Assembly (NCBI GenBank): GCA_040753675.1
Contig: JBFMEB010000002.1
Span: 41,888 to 105,887, forward strand
DNA length: 64,000 nt
DNA from: Candidatus Omnitrophota bacterium
Lineage (GTDB): Bacteria; Omnitrophota; Gorgyraeia; JAHJTE01
Direction: 5' to 3'
Shown: piece after piece, positions 9,696 to 22,576 of the stretch
How positions within the stretch are numbered: position 1 is the stretch's first letter
How the letters are laid out: each line of letters begins with the position of its first letter
Program-made: the position numbers and the translations under genes
The notes under the pieces: model-generated
Told to the model about the DNA's origin: nothing
The model's input: the letters and a program-made list of their open reading frames with translations, nothing else
The model's database searches: none

Positions 9696-11144
9696 ATGGG
9701 TGACATTAGAGGCTTTTTAAAAGTTAAACGAGAGAATTTTGGATACAGGCCAGTTTGCGAGCGAATTAAAGATTTTAAACCTGTTTGCCTATTAGCAAAC
9801 CAAGATTGTTCTAAGGAGCAGGCTTCTCGATGTATGGACTGTGGAACTCCTTTTTGCCACTGGGGTTGTCCCGTCGGCAATTATATACCCGAATGGAATG
9901 ATTTTATGTTTACCAGCCATTGGCAGCAGGCATTTGATTTACTTAATGCTACTAACAATTTACCAGAAATTACCGGGAGGATCTGCCCGGCGCCTTGCGA
10001 ATTTGCCTGTGTTTTAGGGATAAATGATGATGCAGTAACTGTAAGAGAAAACGAACTTGCCATTATTGAATATGCTTTTAAGGCAGGGTTAATAAAAGCA
10101 AATCCTCCCAAGAAACGCACTGGCAAGAAAATTGCAGTTATCGGCTCAGGCCCAGCCGGGCTTTCAGCAGCAAGCCAGTTGAGCAAGGCAGGACACAAGA
10201 TAATAGTATTTGAGAAAGACGATAGACTCGGCGGAATAATGCGTTACGGTATACCTGATTTTAAATTAGAAAAAAATATTTTAGACCGGCGTATTAATCT
10301 ATTAAGAAAAGAAGGAATTGAATTTATTACAAACACAAATGTTGGTGTAGATTATAAGATTAGTAAGTTAAAAAAAGAATTCGATTGTTTAATCCTCGCT
10401 GGTGGATGTCGCGTTGCGCGAGATTTGAAAATTGAAGGCCGCAATTTATCTGGGATTCACTTTGCTATGGATTATTTGATGTATGCAAATAGGCTGGTAG
10501 CCGGTGATCATATACCCGCAGAAAAAAGCATAAATGCGAAAGGTAAAAGAGTAGTGGTTATCGGCGGCGGAGATACTGGCTCTGATTGTGTTGGTACGGC
10601 GCACCGCCAAGGCGCTTCTTGCGTTATTCAAATAGAATTATTAGCTAAGCCCTCAGAATGCAGGCCAAATGATATGCCTTGGCCCAAATACCCGCTTATT
10701 TTAAAAACATCAACCAGCCATGAGGAAGGGGGCCAGCGTCACTGGGCAGTTTTAACCAAAAAATTTATTGGAGAGGGTGGAAAAGTTAAAAAGATATCTT
10801 GTGTAAAGGTAGAGTTTATAGACGAAGGACGCAAAGTAATTTGTCCAGTAATGAAAGAGATTCCTGGAAGCGAATTCGAAATTGAGGCGGATTTGGTTAT
10901 TTTGGCTATGGGCTTTATTCATCCTCAGAAAGACGGATTACTCAGCGAATTAAAACTTCAATTAGACGAACACTCTAATATAAAGACAGACTTAAATTAT
11001 ATGACTTCGGTTAAGGGTGTATTTTCTGCCGGCGATATGAGACGAGGCCAATCTTTAATTGTCTGGGCAATTTCAGAGGGCAGAAGAGCTGCATACTCTG
11101 TTGATAGATACTTGATGAGAGGAAGCGGTTTGCCTATAATATAA
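9696..11144 (+). CDS. gltD: Glutamate synthase small subunit
   Basis: RCMDCGTPFC, GRICPAPCE, GSGPAG, GDMRRGQSL; start moved to ATG 9696 after GGAGG (track start 9663 is in the repeat). Confidence 0.97.
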   Translation: MGDIRGFLKVKRENFGYRPVCERIKDFKPVCLLANQDCSKEQASRCMDCGTPFCHWGCPVGNYIPEWNDFMFTSHWQQAFDLLNATNNLPEITGRICPAPCEFACVLGINDDAVTVRENELAIIEYAFKAGLIKANPPKKRTGKKIAVIGSGPAGLSAASQLSKAGHKIIVFEKDDRLGGIMRYGIPDFKLEKNILDRRINLLRKEGIEFITNTNVGVDYKISKLKKEFDCLILAGGCRVARDLKIEGRNLSGIHFAMDYLMYANRLVAGDHIPAEKSINAKGKRVVVIGGGDTGSDCVGTAHRQGASCVIQIELLAKPSECRPNDMPWPKYPLILKTSTSHEEGGQRHWAVLTKKFIGEGGKVKKISCVKVEFIDEGRKVICPVMKEIPGSEFEIEADLVILAMGFIHPQKDGLLSELKLQLDEHSNIKTDLNYMTSVKGVFSAGDMRRGQSLIVWAISEGRRAAYSVDRYLMRGSGLPII

Positions 11145-11162
11145 GGTTGGATAATAAAAGTT

Positions 11163-11191
11163 TTGACTTCTCTTTAATAATTTGATATTAT
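11163..11191 (+). promoter_or_regulatory. Sigma70-type promoter for pyrG-carAB
   Basis: TTGACT-17 nt-TATTAT. Confidence 0.55.
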
Positions 11192-11218
11192 AATAGGGAA
11201 TGCGGATTGAGGTTTTAA

Positions 11219-12889
<1,671 letters not shown>

Positions 12890-12890
12890 G

Positions 12891-13994
12891 ATGCGAGCAA
12901 TATTAGCCTTAGAAGACGGCGCAATTTTCGAGGGAGTCTGTTTTGGCGCAAGCGGCGAGCGCTGTGGAGAGGTTGTTTTTAATACCAGCATGACTGGCTA
13001 TCAGGAAATTCTCACTGACCCTTCCTATAAAGGCCAGATTGTTACCATGACCTATCCTTTGATTGGAAATTATGGAGTAAATCTCGATGATATTGAGTCT
13101 TGTAAGCCATTTGTCGAAGGCTTTGTGGTTAAGGAATGTAGTTCTCTTGCTAGTAATTGGAGAAGCAAAGAGACTTTAGAAAAGTATCTTAAAAAAAATA
13201 AAGTAATCGGAATAGAAGGGGTGGATACTCGCACCTTAACCCGCCATATTCGGCTTGCCGGTGCAATGAAGGGGTGTATTTCAACGCAAGATTTAAATAA
13301 GCATAGTTTAGTTAAGAAGGCTAAAAATTCCCCTGGTTTATTGGGTATAGATTTAGTAAAAGAAGTTACTTGTGATAAACCCTACCTTTGGCAGAAATCG
13401 AGAAGCAGCCAATTAGATGAGAAATTCAAAGTCGTCGTTCTTGATTGCGGGGTAAAATTCAATATTTTGCGAAATCTTGAGAGATTAGGTTGTCGAGTTT
13501 CTGTTATGCCGGCAAGTACTAGGCCAGAACAAATTTTAGAAGAAAAGCCAGATGGCCTGGTTTTGTCAAACGGGCCGGGTGATCCGGCAGCAGTTACTTA
13601 TGTTGTTGAGACTACTAAGAAATTGTTAGGTAAATTACCCATATTTGGGATTTGTCTTGGCCATCAGATGCTCGGCCAGGCATTGGGAGCGAAAACTTAT
13701 AAATTGAAATTCGGCCATCACGGCGCAAATCATCCGGTTAAAGAAATAAGAACTGGCTCCATAGCTATTACAGCCCAAAACCACGGGTTTTGTGTTGATC
13801 CAGAAGAATTAAAAAAATGCGGGGCAGAGATTACACATATAAATCTTTACGACGGCACCTGTGAAGGTATGGCGCATAAAGAATTAAAGGCTTTTTCTGT
13901 GCAATATCACCCAGAAGCCGGGCCGGGTCCGCATGATGCTAATTATTTATTTAAGGAATTCATCAATCTGTTAACTGTAAACAGTAAACTGTAA
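12891..13994 (+). CDS. carA: Carbamoyl-phosphate synthase small subunit
   Basis: GEVVFNTSMTGYQE, LSNGPGDP, GICLGHQ, QYHPE. Confidence 0.98.
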   Translation: MRAILALEDGAIFEGVCFGASGERCGEVVFNTSMTGYQEILTDPSYKGQIVTMTYPLIGNYGVNLDDIESCKPFVEGFVVKECSSLASNWRSKETLEKYLKKNKVIGIEGVDTRTLTRHIRLAGAMKGCISTQDLNKHSLVKKAKNSPGLLGIDLVKEVTCDKPYLWQKSRSSQLDEKFKVVVLDCGVKFNILRNLERLGCRVSVMPASTRPEQILEEKPDGLVLSNGPGDPAAVTYVVETTKKLLGKLPIFGICLGHQMLGQALGAKTYKLKFGHHGANHPVKEIRTGSIAITAQNHGFCVDPEELKKCGAEITHINLYDGTCEGMAHKELKAFSVQYHPEAGPGPHDANYLFKEFINLLTVNSKL

Positions 13995-14015
13995 ACTCCT
14001 GAACGAAGTGAAGGT

Positions 14016-17000
14016 ATGCCTAAACGAACAGACATAAAGAAAATTTTGATTATCGGCTCAGGTCCGATAGTAATAAGCCAGGCCTGCGAATTTGATTATT
14101 CTGGCACGCAAGCCTGCAAGGCATTGAGAGAAGAAGGTTACAAGGTTATTCTTGTTAATTCAAATCCTGCCACAATTATGACTGACCCGGAAATGGCTGA
14201 TGTGACTTACATTGAGCCTATTACACCCGAAGCGATAGCAAAAATTATTGAAAAAGAACGACCAGATGCGCTTTTGCCTACTTTAGGTGGTCAGACTGGG
14301 CTTAATACAGCGATTAAAGTAGCAGATATGGGAATTTTAGAAAAATATTCCGTTAAAATGATTGGGGCAGATTATCAAGCAATCAAAAAAGCAGAAGATA
14401 GGGAATATTTTAAAAAATCAATGTTAAAGATTGGCTTGGATTTGCCTAAGAGTGCTCTTGCCTACAATATTGAACAGGCTCGTCAGGCGTTAAAAACTGT
14501 AGGACTTCCGGTTATTATCCGGCCAAGTTTTACTTTAGGCGGAACTGGCGGAGGGATTGCTTTTAGCGAAGAAGAGTTTGAAAAAATCGCCTTATTAGGA
14601 TTAAGAAATAGTATGAATAGTGAAATCCTTATTGAGGAATCTGTTTTGGGTTGGAAAGAATATGAGCTTGAGGTTATGCGCGACTTGAAAGATAACGTGG
14701 TTATAATTTGTTCTATTGAGAATTTTGATGCAATGGGTATTCATACCGGCGATTCGATAACAGTTGCGCCTGCTCAAACCTTAACCGACCAGGAATATCA
14801 GAAGATGCGCGATGCTGCAATTGCAATTATCAGAGAGATCGGTGTGGAAACTGGTGGTTCTAACATTCAGTTTGCGGTCAATCCCAAGACTGGTCGGATG
14901 GTCGTAATTGAGATGAACCCAAGAGTTTCACGAAGTTCTGCCTTAGCCAGTAAGGCAACTGGATTTCCTATTGCTAAGATTGCTGCTAAACTTGCTGTGG
15001 GGTTGAGTTTGGATGAGATAAGAAACGATATTACCAAAGAAACCCCGGCATCTTTTGAGCCGACCATAGATTATTGCGTGGTTAAAATCCCCAGATTTAC
15101 TTTTGAAAAATTCCCAGAAGCTGAGGATATTCTGGGAATATCAATGAAATCCGTAGGGGAAACAATGGCAATCGGCCGCACCTTTAAAGAGGCATTGCAA
15201 AAAGGCCTGCGCGGCTTGGAAATTAGCCATTTTGGATTGGATAATAAGCTTGATTTTAATAAAATTCCAGATGCAAAAATTCGCCTGCGCCTCGCTAAAC
15301 CAAACGCCTCCAGAATATTTTATATAAAATATGCACTTCAAAAAGGCTATTCTGTAGAGAGAATTTGTAAACTTACCCATATTGATCCTTGGTTTATTCG
15401 CAATATCAAAGATATTGTCCAGTTAGAGGGGAAGATAAAACAGGAATATAAAAAACAAGGCTCTTTAAGCAAGGCCGGTTTAAAAAAGGCAAAAGAATAT
15501 GGTTTTAGCGACAAGCAGATTGCTGGCTTAATCGGTTCAAATGAATTATCAGTTAGGCGCTTGAGAAAGAAAAAGAAAATTGAGCCGACCTTTAGATTAG
15601 TAGATACCTGCGCAGCAGAGTTTGAGGCATACACGCCATATTATTACTCGACCTATGAAACAGAAGATGAGACGCGCAAGTCTAAGAGAAAAAAGATTAT
15701 GATTTTAGGCGGTGGCCCAAACCGCATTGGCCAGGGTATTGAGTTTGATTATTGTTGTTGCCATGCCTCGTTTGCCTTAAAAGAATTGGGCTTTGAGACA
15801 ATTATGGTTAACTCTAATCCAGAAACAGTTTCAACGGATTATGATACCTCTGACAAATTATATTTTGAATCTCTTACCTTTGAAGATGTAATGAATATTA
15901 TTGATAAAGAAAAACCAAACGGTGTAATCGTCCAATTTGGAGGCCAAACGCCTTTAAACCTAGCGGAAAGATTAGAAAAGGCGGGCGCGCCGATTATCGG
16001 CACTAGCGTTAAATCAATAGATATGGCAGAAGACCGAGAAAAGTTTTCTAAATTAGTTAATAAATTGAAAATCAACCAGCCTGCTAATGGCTCAGCCACT
16101 TCAAAACAAGAGGCAAAAAGAATAGCCAAGAAAATCGGCTATCCTATTTTGGTAAGGCCGTCTTATGTTTTAGGCGGCAGAGCAATGCGTTTAGTTTATG
16201 ACGAGGAAAATTTGTTAGAATTTATTCAAGAGGCGCAAGAAGTTTCCAGCGAGCATCCGATTTTGATTGATAAGTTTTTAGAAGACGCGGTTGAGGTGGA
16301 TGTTGATGCAGTTAGTGATGGCAAGTTAGTTGTAATCGGCGGGATAATGGAACATATTGAATCAGCCGGAATCCACTCCGGTGATTCTGCCTGCGTTTTG
16401 CCGCCTCATACACTTAGCGATGAGATTATTGCCAACATCAGAAAATATACTTTTGATTTAGCAAAGGCATTGAAGGTTAAGGGGCTGATCAATATCCAAT
16501 TCGCGGTTAAGAACGACATAGTTTTTGTATTAGAAGTAAATCCGCGAGCATCTCGGACAGTTCCTTTTGTCAGCAAGGCCACCGGCGTGCCTTTAGCAAA
16601 GATAGCTGCCAAAGTAATGGTAGGGAAAAAATTAAGCGAATTAGGGTTTACCAAAGAGCGTCAGCCAGCTCATATAGCAGTTAAAGAGTCAGTATTGCCT
16701 TTTTCCAGATTTTCCGGAGTAGATATAATTCTTGGCCCGGAGATGAAATCTACGGGAGAAGTTATGGGTATAGATTCATCGTTTGGAAGAGCATTTTATA
16801 AATCTCAGGAAGCAGCTGGCTCTGCGCTTCCCAAAACCGGAACAGTATTTATAAGTGTAAAGAACGGCGATAAAAGAAATATAATATTTATAGCAAAGAA
16901 ACTGTTGGATATGGGTTTTAAAATAGCAGCTACAAAAGGAACTGCCAAGGTATTGTATTCTAATAATATTGATGTTCAAGAAGTTGGGAAAATCGGCGAA

Positions 17001-17246
17001 GGCAGCGATGAGATATTAGAACTCTTGAGAAAAGGAGAAATATCCCTCATTATTAACACACCTTCGGGTTCAAGAGGACAATTCGATATGAAACCCATTA
17101 GAAGCTCGGCAGTTTTGCACGGTATATCCTGTATTACTACTATTCAAGGAGCGCAGGCAGCTGTAAATGGTATTGAGTCGATATTAAAGGGTAAGTTAAG
17201 CGTAAAATCTATCCAAGAATATCACGCCAAAAATCGAGGGACATAG
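14016..17246 (+). CDS. carB: Carbamoyl-phosphate synthase large subunit
   Basis: [17 protein letters not shown], duplicated ATP-grasp halves, C-terminal MGS domain. Confidence 0.98.
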   Translation: MPKRTDIKKILIIGSGPIVISQACEFDYSGTQACKALREEGYKVILVNSNPATIMTDPEMADVTYIEPITPEAIAKIIEKERPDALLPTLGGQTGLNTAIKVADMGILEKYSVKMIGADYQAIKKAEDREYFKKSMLKIGLDLPKSALAYNIEQARQALKTVGLPVIIRPSFTLGGTGGGIAFSEEEFEKIALLGLRNSMNSEILIEESVLGWKEYELEVMRDLKDNVVIICSIENFDAMGIHTGDSITVAPAQTLTDQEYQKMRDAAIAIIREIGVETGGSNIQFAVNPKTGRMVVIEMNPRVSRSSALASKATGFPIAKIAAKLAVGLSLDEIRNDITKETPASFEPTIDYCVVKIPRFTFEKFPEAEDILGISMKSVGETMAIGRTFKEALQKGLRGLEISHFGLDNKLDFNKIPDAKIRLRLAKPNASRIFYIKYALQKGYSVERICKLTHIDPWFIRNIKDIVQLEGKIKQEYKKQGSLSKAGLKKAKEYGFSDKQIAGLIGSNELSVRRLRKKKKIEPTFRLVDTCAAEFEAYTPYYYSTYETEDETRKSKRKKIMILGGGPNRIGQGIEFDYCCCHASFALKELGFETIMVNSNPETVSTDYDTSDKLYFESLTFEDVMNIIDKEKPNGVIVQFGGQTPLNLAERLEKAGAPIIGTSVKSIDMAEDREKFSKLVNKLKINQPANGSATSKQEAKRIAKKIGYPILVRPSYVLGGRAMRLVYDEENLLEFIQEAQEVSSEHPILIDKFLEDAVEVDVDAVSDGKLVVIGGIMEHIESAGIHSGDSACVLPPHTLSDEIIANIRKYTFDLAKALKVKGLINIQFAVKNDIVFVLEVNPRASRTVPFVSKATGVPLAKIAAKVMVGKKLSELGFTKERQPAHIAVKESVLPFSRFSGVDIILGPEMKSTGEVMGIDSSFGRAFYKSQEAAGSALPKTGTVFISVKNGDKRNIIFIAKKLLDMGFKIAATKGTAKVLYSNNIDVQEVGKIGEGSDEILELLRKGEISLIINTPSGSRGQFDMKPIRSSAVLHGISCITTIQGAQAAVNGIESILKGKLSVKSIQEYHAKNRGT

Positions 17247-17265
17247 TATTTCCCTTTTTTCTAAT

Positions 17266-18432
17266 ATGGCTAAACATAAAAAAAGAAATAAAGTTAAACG
17301 ATATTTGAACGTCTATAAAAGACGTCTTAAACGGGCAAACCGTAAAAAAATAGTCTCTTGGTTTAAGAAAAATTTTAAAGACCACCCCTTTATCCTAGGG
17401 ATTTTATTTTTTATTTGGCTTAATAAGATTTTAATCAGCATATTTTTTGAAAAAAAAGATTTGTTTAAGTTAATAAGATTTCACTTTTTCCTCTTTATCT
17501 CCTGGTTGATTCTGGTTTTTATTTCAAATCTGTTACGCGATAAAAATAAAGTTAAATGGTACTTTAGGAAGCGCTTTATTTTTGTTATGCTCTTATTTTT
17601 TACTCCATTGGGTTTGATTTTTCTCTGGTCAGGCAGCCAATTTAAAAGAATAACCAAGATAACTTTAACTGTAATTTTTATCTCTCTTTTTTTAGCCTCT
17701 CAAATTTATTACAATAAAAAATACGAGAAACTTTTAGCACAGAAACCAGTTGAAAGAATTATTGAGATGATTACTAAGTCAAAGAGAAAAACTTATCTGA
17801 AGGCATCTAAAGTTGATTTATTCAAAGATCTACAACTTACAAAAATTCCCAAAAGGTTAAGGGTTAAGTTGGCTGTTTCTGATATAGCCGCAAGCTCGTT
17901 ACTGGGTACAGTTTCGATAAAAACTAAAGATAGATATGGAAAGGAACTTGGCTTGGGTAGTGGTTTTGTAGTTTCCAAAGAAGGATTTATTGCTACTAAT
18001 TTTCATGTGTTAGAATCAGCGTACAAAATAGTCATAAAAATCGGCGATAAGGAGTTTAAGGATTGTCTCTTGGTTAAAAGTGACCCTAGTTTAGATATTG
18101 CGCTTTTAAAGATTGAATCAAAAGATTTAACTGCCTTACCGATTGGAGACTCTGATGAATTATTAAATGGACAGTTTGTAGTTGTTTTGGGAAATCCCTG
18201 GGGCTTTGAACGGTCGGTTTCAAGCGGAATTATCAGCGGCATTCGCTCAGAAGGCGATATTAAGATTATCCAAATGACTGCTCCGGTTTCACCTGGTTCA
18301 AGCGGCGGTCCGGTAATAAACGAGTATGGCGAGGTCGTTGGAGTGACTACCTTAGCCTCATTTTTAATGGCGCAGAATTTAAATTTTGCCATCCCCATTA
18401 ATTATTTAAAAAAAATAATTAACGAACAATAG
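17266..18432 (+). CDS. Membrane-anchored trypsin-like (S1C) serine protease without PDZ
   Basis: N-terminal TM segments; GSGFVV, TNFHV, DIALL, PGSSGGP catalytic motifs. Confidence 0.85.
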   Translation: MAKHKKRNKVKRYLNVYKRRLKRANRKKIVSWFKKNFKDHPFILGILFFIWLNKILISIFFEKKDLFKLIRFHFFLFISWLILVFISNLLRDKNKVKWYFRKRFIFVMLLFFTPLGLIFLWSGSQFKRITKITLTVIFISLFLASQIYYNKKYEKLLAQKPVERIIEMITKSKRKTYLKASKVDLFKDLQLTKIPKRLRVKLAVSDIAASSLLGTVSIKTKDRYGKELGLGSGFVVSKEGFIATNFHVLESAYKIVIKIGDKEFKDCLLVKSDPSLDIALLKIESKDLTALPIGDSDELLNGQFVVVLGNPWGFERSVSSGIISGIRSEGDIKIIQMTAPVSPGSSGGPVINEYGEVVGVTTLASFLMAQNLNFAIPINYLKKIINEQ

Positions 18433-18512
18433 AATCTAAAAGAGCTCAGCCAAAATTTAATTATTTTTTTCTAATCCTTGTTTGGCATTTTTTCTTATGA
18501 TATAATTCTTTT

Positions 18513-19148
18513 ATGTGTAAATACTTAACGATAGGCCTAATTATTCTTGGGTTAATTTTATTCAATATTAACAATGTTTACGCAACTTTTAGTCGGCCAA
18601 ATATTCATTTGCAGCAGACCTATCGCTGGGATGACCGTAGAGATGGCGCCGACCTTTATATTCAAACACTTTCTCTCCCTTTTAGATATAACTTCCTAAA
18701 AGATAAACATAGTATTAAGCTGAACCTATTCTTCCAATGGCGCAGGAATGTTGAGAGAAACTTAACTCAACGTAAGACTTTTGGCTTAGGCTTAGGAAAG
18801 GATTTTAACCGCTGGCTTTCTCTCGGCGCAGATATACAATATAGTTGGTATAATGAGGGCTTCCGAGATTATGGTGTATTTGAAAAGAGGTCTATTCCCG
18901 AAGGCGTGCTTAAGCTCACCCTACAAAAGGAATTGATTGCGAATGGCAAATTCAATATGATCGGCTTTGTGGATAATGGCATTTTCTTTGATCTTAAAAA
19001 TGGCAGAGAAATCTGTAACGAAATTTCCTTAGGCGTAATTTTTCCTTTAGGTAAAAATTTCCAGACACAACTTGATTGGTTGCACATAGACAGAGTGCCT
19101 TATTACGATTCCGATGCCTTTGAAGGCTCTCTAACCATTAAGTTTTGA
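18513..19148 (+). CDS. Secreted, probable outer-membrane beta-barrel protein
   Basis: Signal peptide, alternating strands, C-terminal Phe (LTIKF). Confidence 0.55.
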   Translation: MCKYLTIGLIILGLILFNINNVYATFSRPNIHLQQTYRWDDRRDGADLYIQTLSLPFRYNFLKDKHSIKLNLFFQWRRNVERNLTQRKTFGLGLGKDFNRWLSLGADIQYSWYNEGFRDYGVFEKRSIPEGVLKLTLQKELIANGKFNMIGFVDNGIFFDLKNGREICNEISLGVIFPLGKNFQTQLDWLHIDRVPYYDSDAFEGSLTIKF

Positions 19149-19172
19149 AATATTTTAATCCGACCCAATTTT

Positions 19173-20771
19173 ATGTCCTATCTTGTTTTTGCCCGTAAAT
19201 GGCGGCCGCAAAATTTCGAAGAAATTATTGGACAGGACCACATTGTCGCCACCCTAAAAAACGCCATTTCCTCTAAACGCCTTGCCCATGCCTATTTATT
19301 TTCTGGACCCCGAGGAGTGGGCAAAACTTCTACCGCTAGGATTTTAGCCAAAGCCCTGAATTGTCAAAAAGATATATCGGTTAATCCCTGCAATGAATGT
19401 TCCACCTGCAAAGAAATTTCCCAGGGCAGAAATTTAGACGTATTAGAAATAGACGGAGCGTCTAACCGCGGCATTGATGAAATACGGCAATTACGTGAGA
19501 ATGTTAAATTTTCACCTAGTGCGGGCAGATATAAAATATACATTATTGATGAAGTCCATATGCTTACCCCCGAAGCCTTCAATGCTCTACTAAAAACACT
19601 GGAAGAGCCACCCGAGCACGTTAAGTTTATTTTTGCGACCACTCAGCCCCACAAGGTTATCCCTACGATTATTTCCCGTTGTCAACGATTTGATTTTCGT
19701 CGCATACCTATTTTGAAAATAGTAGAGAGATTAAAAGAAATCGTAAAATCCGAGCATATAGATATCGAGGAAAAGGTATTAATTTCGATTGCCAAGGCTT
19801 CAGATGGCTCGTTGCGTGATGCTGAATCAATTCTCGACCAGCTTATCTCTTATAGCGCTGATAAGATTTCGCTTAAGGAGATAAATTCTCTTTTAGGTCT
19901 TATCGAGCAGGATGTGCTCTTCGAGTTCTCTAAACTGGTCATTGACTCGGACAGTTTCTCTTTGATAAGGTTATTAGATACGTTAGTCAGTTCAGGCAAA
20001 GACTTAAGTCAGGTTTTGGATAATTTGATTGAGCATTTTAGAAATTTGATGATAGCTCACATCAGCGATGCTAAGGCATTAACTTCTCTGGTTGACTTAC
20101 CACAAGAGTTTATCGAAGCGATTGCGAAGCAAAGCCGGCAATTGACCAGGGAAAAAATCTTGGAAATTTTACAAACCCTGATTGAGGTCAAAGATTTAGG
20201 TAAGCGTATCAATTCCTTACGTATTCCCCTAGAAGTTGCCATTATAAAGTTGGCCTATAATGCCAATCAGACCAAAATTAACAGTCCCTTAAAAGAGGAA
20301 TTAAAAGATAAGAAAAATCCTTCCGGCGAATCAATTATAAAGACAATACCTGCGGTTATAAAGAACGAACGGGGTTCTTTTAGTATTTCAGATAAAAAAG
20401 AAGAGATTAATCCACTAAAATCTGTTGATGATAAGCCAATTTTGGATATTAATATCATAAATTCCGTTTGGAAAGATTGCCTGACTGAGATTTCCAAGAA
20501 GAAGATGTCTGTAGCCACTTATCTGGCAGATTGCCTGCTTGAGAAATGCGAGAAGAATGTAGTTACCTTTAGTCTGCCTAAATCTGCAGATTTTCATAGG
20601 GAATTTTTAGACAGAAAGGATAATCGTGAACTGGTTGAGAATACATTAGAGAAGTTATTACAGGTAAAAATCAGATTGGCTTTTGTTATCAGCAATAGAG
20701 AGCCTAAAAATGAAGCGCAAGATGCGTTTGTTAAGAGTATATTAGAAACATTTAAAGGCAGGGTAATCTAA
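19173..20771 (+). CDS. dnaX: DNA polymerase III subunit gamma/tau
   Basis: ARKWRPQ, GPRGVGKT, IDEVHML, SRCQ. Confidence 0.97.
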   Translation: MSYLVFARKWRPQNFEEIIGQDHIVATLKNAISSKRLAHAYLFSGPRGVGKTSTARILAKALNCQKDISVNPCNECSTCKEISQGRNLDVLEIDGASNRGIDEIRQLRENVKFSPSAGRYKIYIIDEVHMLTPEAFNALLKTLEEPPEHVKFIFATTQPHKVIPTIISRCQRFDFRRIPILKIVERLKEIVKSEHIDIEEKVLISIAKASDGSLRDAESILDQLISYSADKISLKEINSLLGLIEQDVLFEFSKLVIDSDSFSLIRLLDTLVSSGKDLSQVLDNLIEHFRNLMIAHISDAKALTSLVDLPQEFIEAIAKQSRQLTREKILEILQTLIEVKDLGKRINSLRIPLEVAIIKLAYNANQTKINSPLKEELKDKKNPSGESIIKTIPAVIKNERGSFSISDKKEEINPLKSVDDKPILDINIINSVWKDCLTEISKKKMSVATYLADCLLEKCEKNVVTFSLPKSADFHREFLDRKDNRELVENTLEKLLQVKIRLAFVISNREPKNEAQDAFVKSILETFKGRVI

Positions 20772-20774
20772 ATT

Positions 20775-21374
20775 ATGGCGAATTTCCCTTTTACTTTAGA
20801 AAATCTTATCAATGAGTTGATAAAGATGCCTGGCATAGGCCGGCGCAGTGCCCAACGCATTGCTTTTTACATCCTGAATTCTCCCAGGCCAGAAATACAA
20901 AAGCTGGTCTCTTGCATTGTGAAGGCAAAGGAGTCCATATGTTTTTGTAAAGTCTGCAACAATTTGAGCGATAAAGAAATCTGCTCTATCTGCCAGGACC
21001 AAAAACGCAATAAACGTAGTCTCTGTATCGTCGAGGGGCCGAATGATGTGGCAGTCATTGAGAATTCCGACATATTTAACGGGCTATACCATGTTTTACT
21101 CGGGGCTATTGCTCCCTTAGACGGGAAAGGCCCGCAGGACTTAAAGATTAACGGATTGTTAAACCGCATAAAGAACGACGCTATTAATGAAGTAATAATT
21201 GCTACTGATGCCGATACAGAAGGAGAGACCACTGCTTTATACTTGACCAAATTACTTAAGCCCACCAATATTAAGATTACCCGCATTGGCTTGGGGATTC
21301 CCATGGGAAGTAATATCGAATACGCAGATTCCCAGACAATAAGCCGCGCCTTCGAGCATAGAAAAGAAATCTAA
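20775..21374 (+). CDS. recR: Recombination mediator RecR
   Basis: PGIGRRSAQR HhH, C4 zinc finger, Toprim EGETTA. Confidence 0.96.
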   Translation: MANFPFTLENLINELIKMPGIGRRSAQRIAFYILNSPRPEIQKLVSCIVKAKESICFCKVCNNLSDKEICSICQDQKRNKRSLCIVEGPNDVAVIENSDIFNGLYHVLLGAIAPLDGKGPQDLKINGLLNRIKNDAINEVIIATDADTEGETTALYLTKLLKPTNIKITRIGLGIPMGSNIEYADSQTISRAFEHRKEI

Positions 21375-21382
21375 ATTCTTAG

Positions 21383-22549
21383 ATGCTAAATAATATATTT
21401 AATAAGAAGATATCACGAAGAGATTTTTGCAAGGTTTGTATTTTTAGCGCTTTGGGCCTTGGTATTTCTCCTCTAATTATGGATTTGTTTAAAAATTTTG
21501 CAAACTCAGAAGATGAAAAAGCTGGTATGGGCTTTATTGAGCCTAAGGAAGCAATGTTTTATGAAAAAGTGGATGATGAGACAATTCAATGCCACCTGTG
21601 TCCTCGAAACTGCACTCTTAAACATGGAATGAGAGGTTTCTGCCGTGCTAGAGAATCGCGCAATGGGAAACATTACAGTTTTGTTTATGCAAATCCAACA
21701 GCAGTGCACATTGATCCAATAGAGAAAAAGCCACTTTTTCATTTCTTGCCAGCTACAACTGCTTTTTCTATTGCCACTGCAGGCTGTAATTATCGGTGCA
21801 AATATTGTCAGAACTGGCAGATTTCTCAATTTCCGCCTGAAGAAACATTCAATCAGAATTTAGCACCCAAGGCTGTAGTTGAGCAAGCTAAAAGATTTAA
21901 TTGTCAAACAATCGCTTATACATATAGCGAGCCATCTGTATTCTATGAATATATGTTAGATACTGCAAAAATTGCAAAGATTTATGGCATTAAAAATATT
22001 TATCACTCTAACGGTTCTCTTAACCCTAAGCCAGTAGAGGAATTGTCTGTTTATTTGGACGCTGCTAATATTGACCTTAAAGGCTTCACGCATGAATTCT
22101 ACAAGAATATCCCAGAGGGTGATTTGGACACTGTGTTAAATACGATAAAGATTCTTAAGAAAAAGTCTGTGCATGTAGAGATTACCAACCTAATAGTACC
22201 TTCTCTTAATGATGATATGCAGACAATAAGAAAAATGTGCCTTTGGCTAAGAGATGAGGTAGGTAATGATGTTCCCATACATTTTTCAAGGTTTACTCCT
22301 ACTTACAAGTTAAAAAATCTATCTCCCACCCCAATAAAAACGCTGGAACAAGCAAGAAACATTGCTAAAAAAGAAGGGCTACTCTTCGCTTATATCGGCA
22401 ATGTCCCAGGACATGAAGGGGAAAATACCTATTGTCCGCGGGATGCCAAAGTGTTAATTCGCAGAATTGGCTATACGATAATAGAGAATAATATAGTTGG
22501 CGGAAAATGTAAATTCTGCGGATATCAGATTGCCGGCGTCTGGTCGTAA
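21383..22549 (+). CDS. amrS: AmmeMemoRadiSam radical SAM enzyme with Tat-like leader
   Basis: CHLCPRNC, DPIEKKPL, CNYRCKYCQNWQISQ; N-terminal SRRDFCK plus hydrophobic stretch. Confidence 0.9.
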   Translation: MLNNIFNKKISRRDFCKVCIFSALGLGISPLIMDLFKNFANSEDEKAGMGFIEPKEAMFYEKVDDETIQCHLCPRNCTLKHGMRGFCRARESRNGKHYSFVYANPTAVHIDPIEKKPLFHFLPATTAFSIATAGCNYRCKYCQNWQISQFPPEETFNQNLAPKAVVEQAKRFNCQTIAYTYSEPSVFYEYMLDTAKIAKIYGIKNIYHSNGSLNPKPVEELSVYLDAANIDLKGFTHEFYKNIPEGDLDTVLNTIKILKKKSVHVEITNLIVPSLNDDMQTIRKMCLWLRDEVGNDVPIHFSRFTPTYKLKNLSPTPIKTLEQARNIAKKEGLLFAYIGNVPGHEGENTYCPRDAKVLIRRIGYTIIENNIVGGKCKFCGYQIAGVWS

Positions 22550-22576
22550 ATTAACTTTAGATAAATTAAACTAAAT

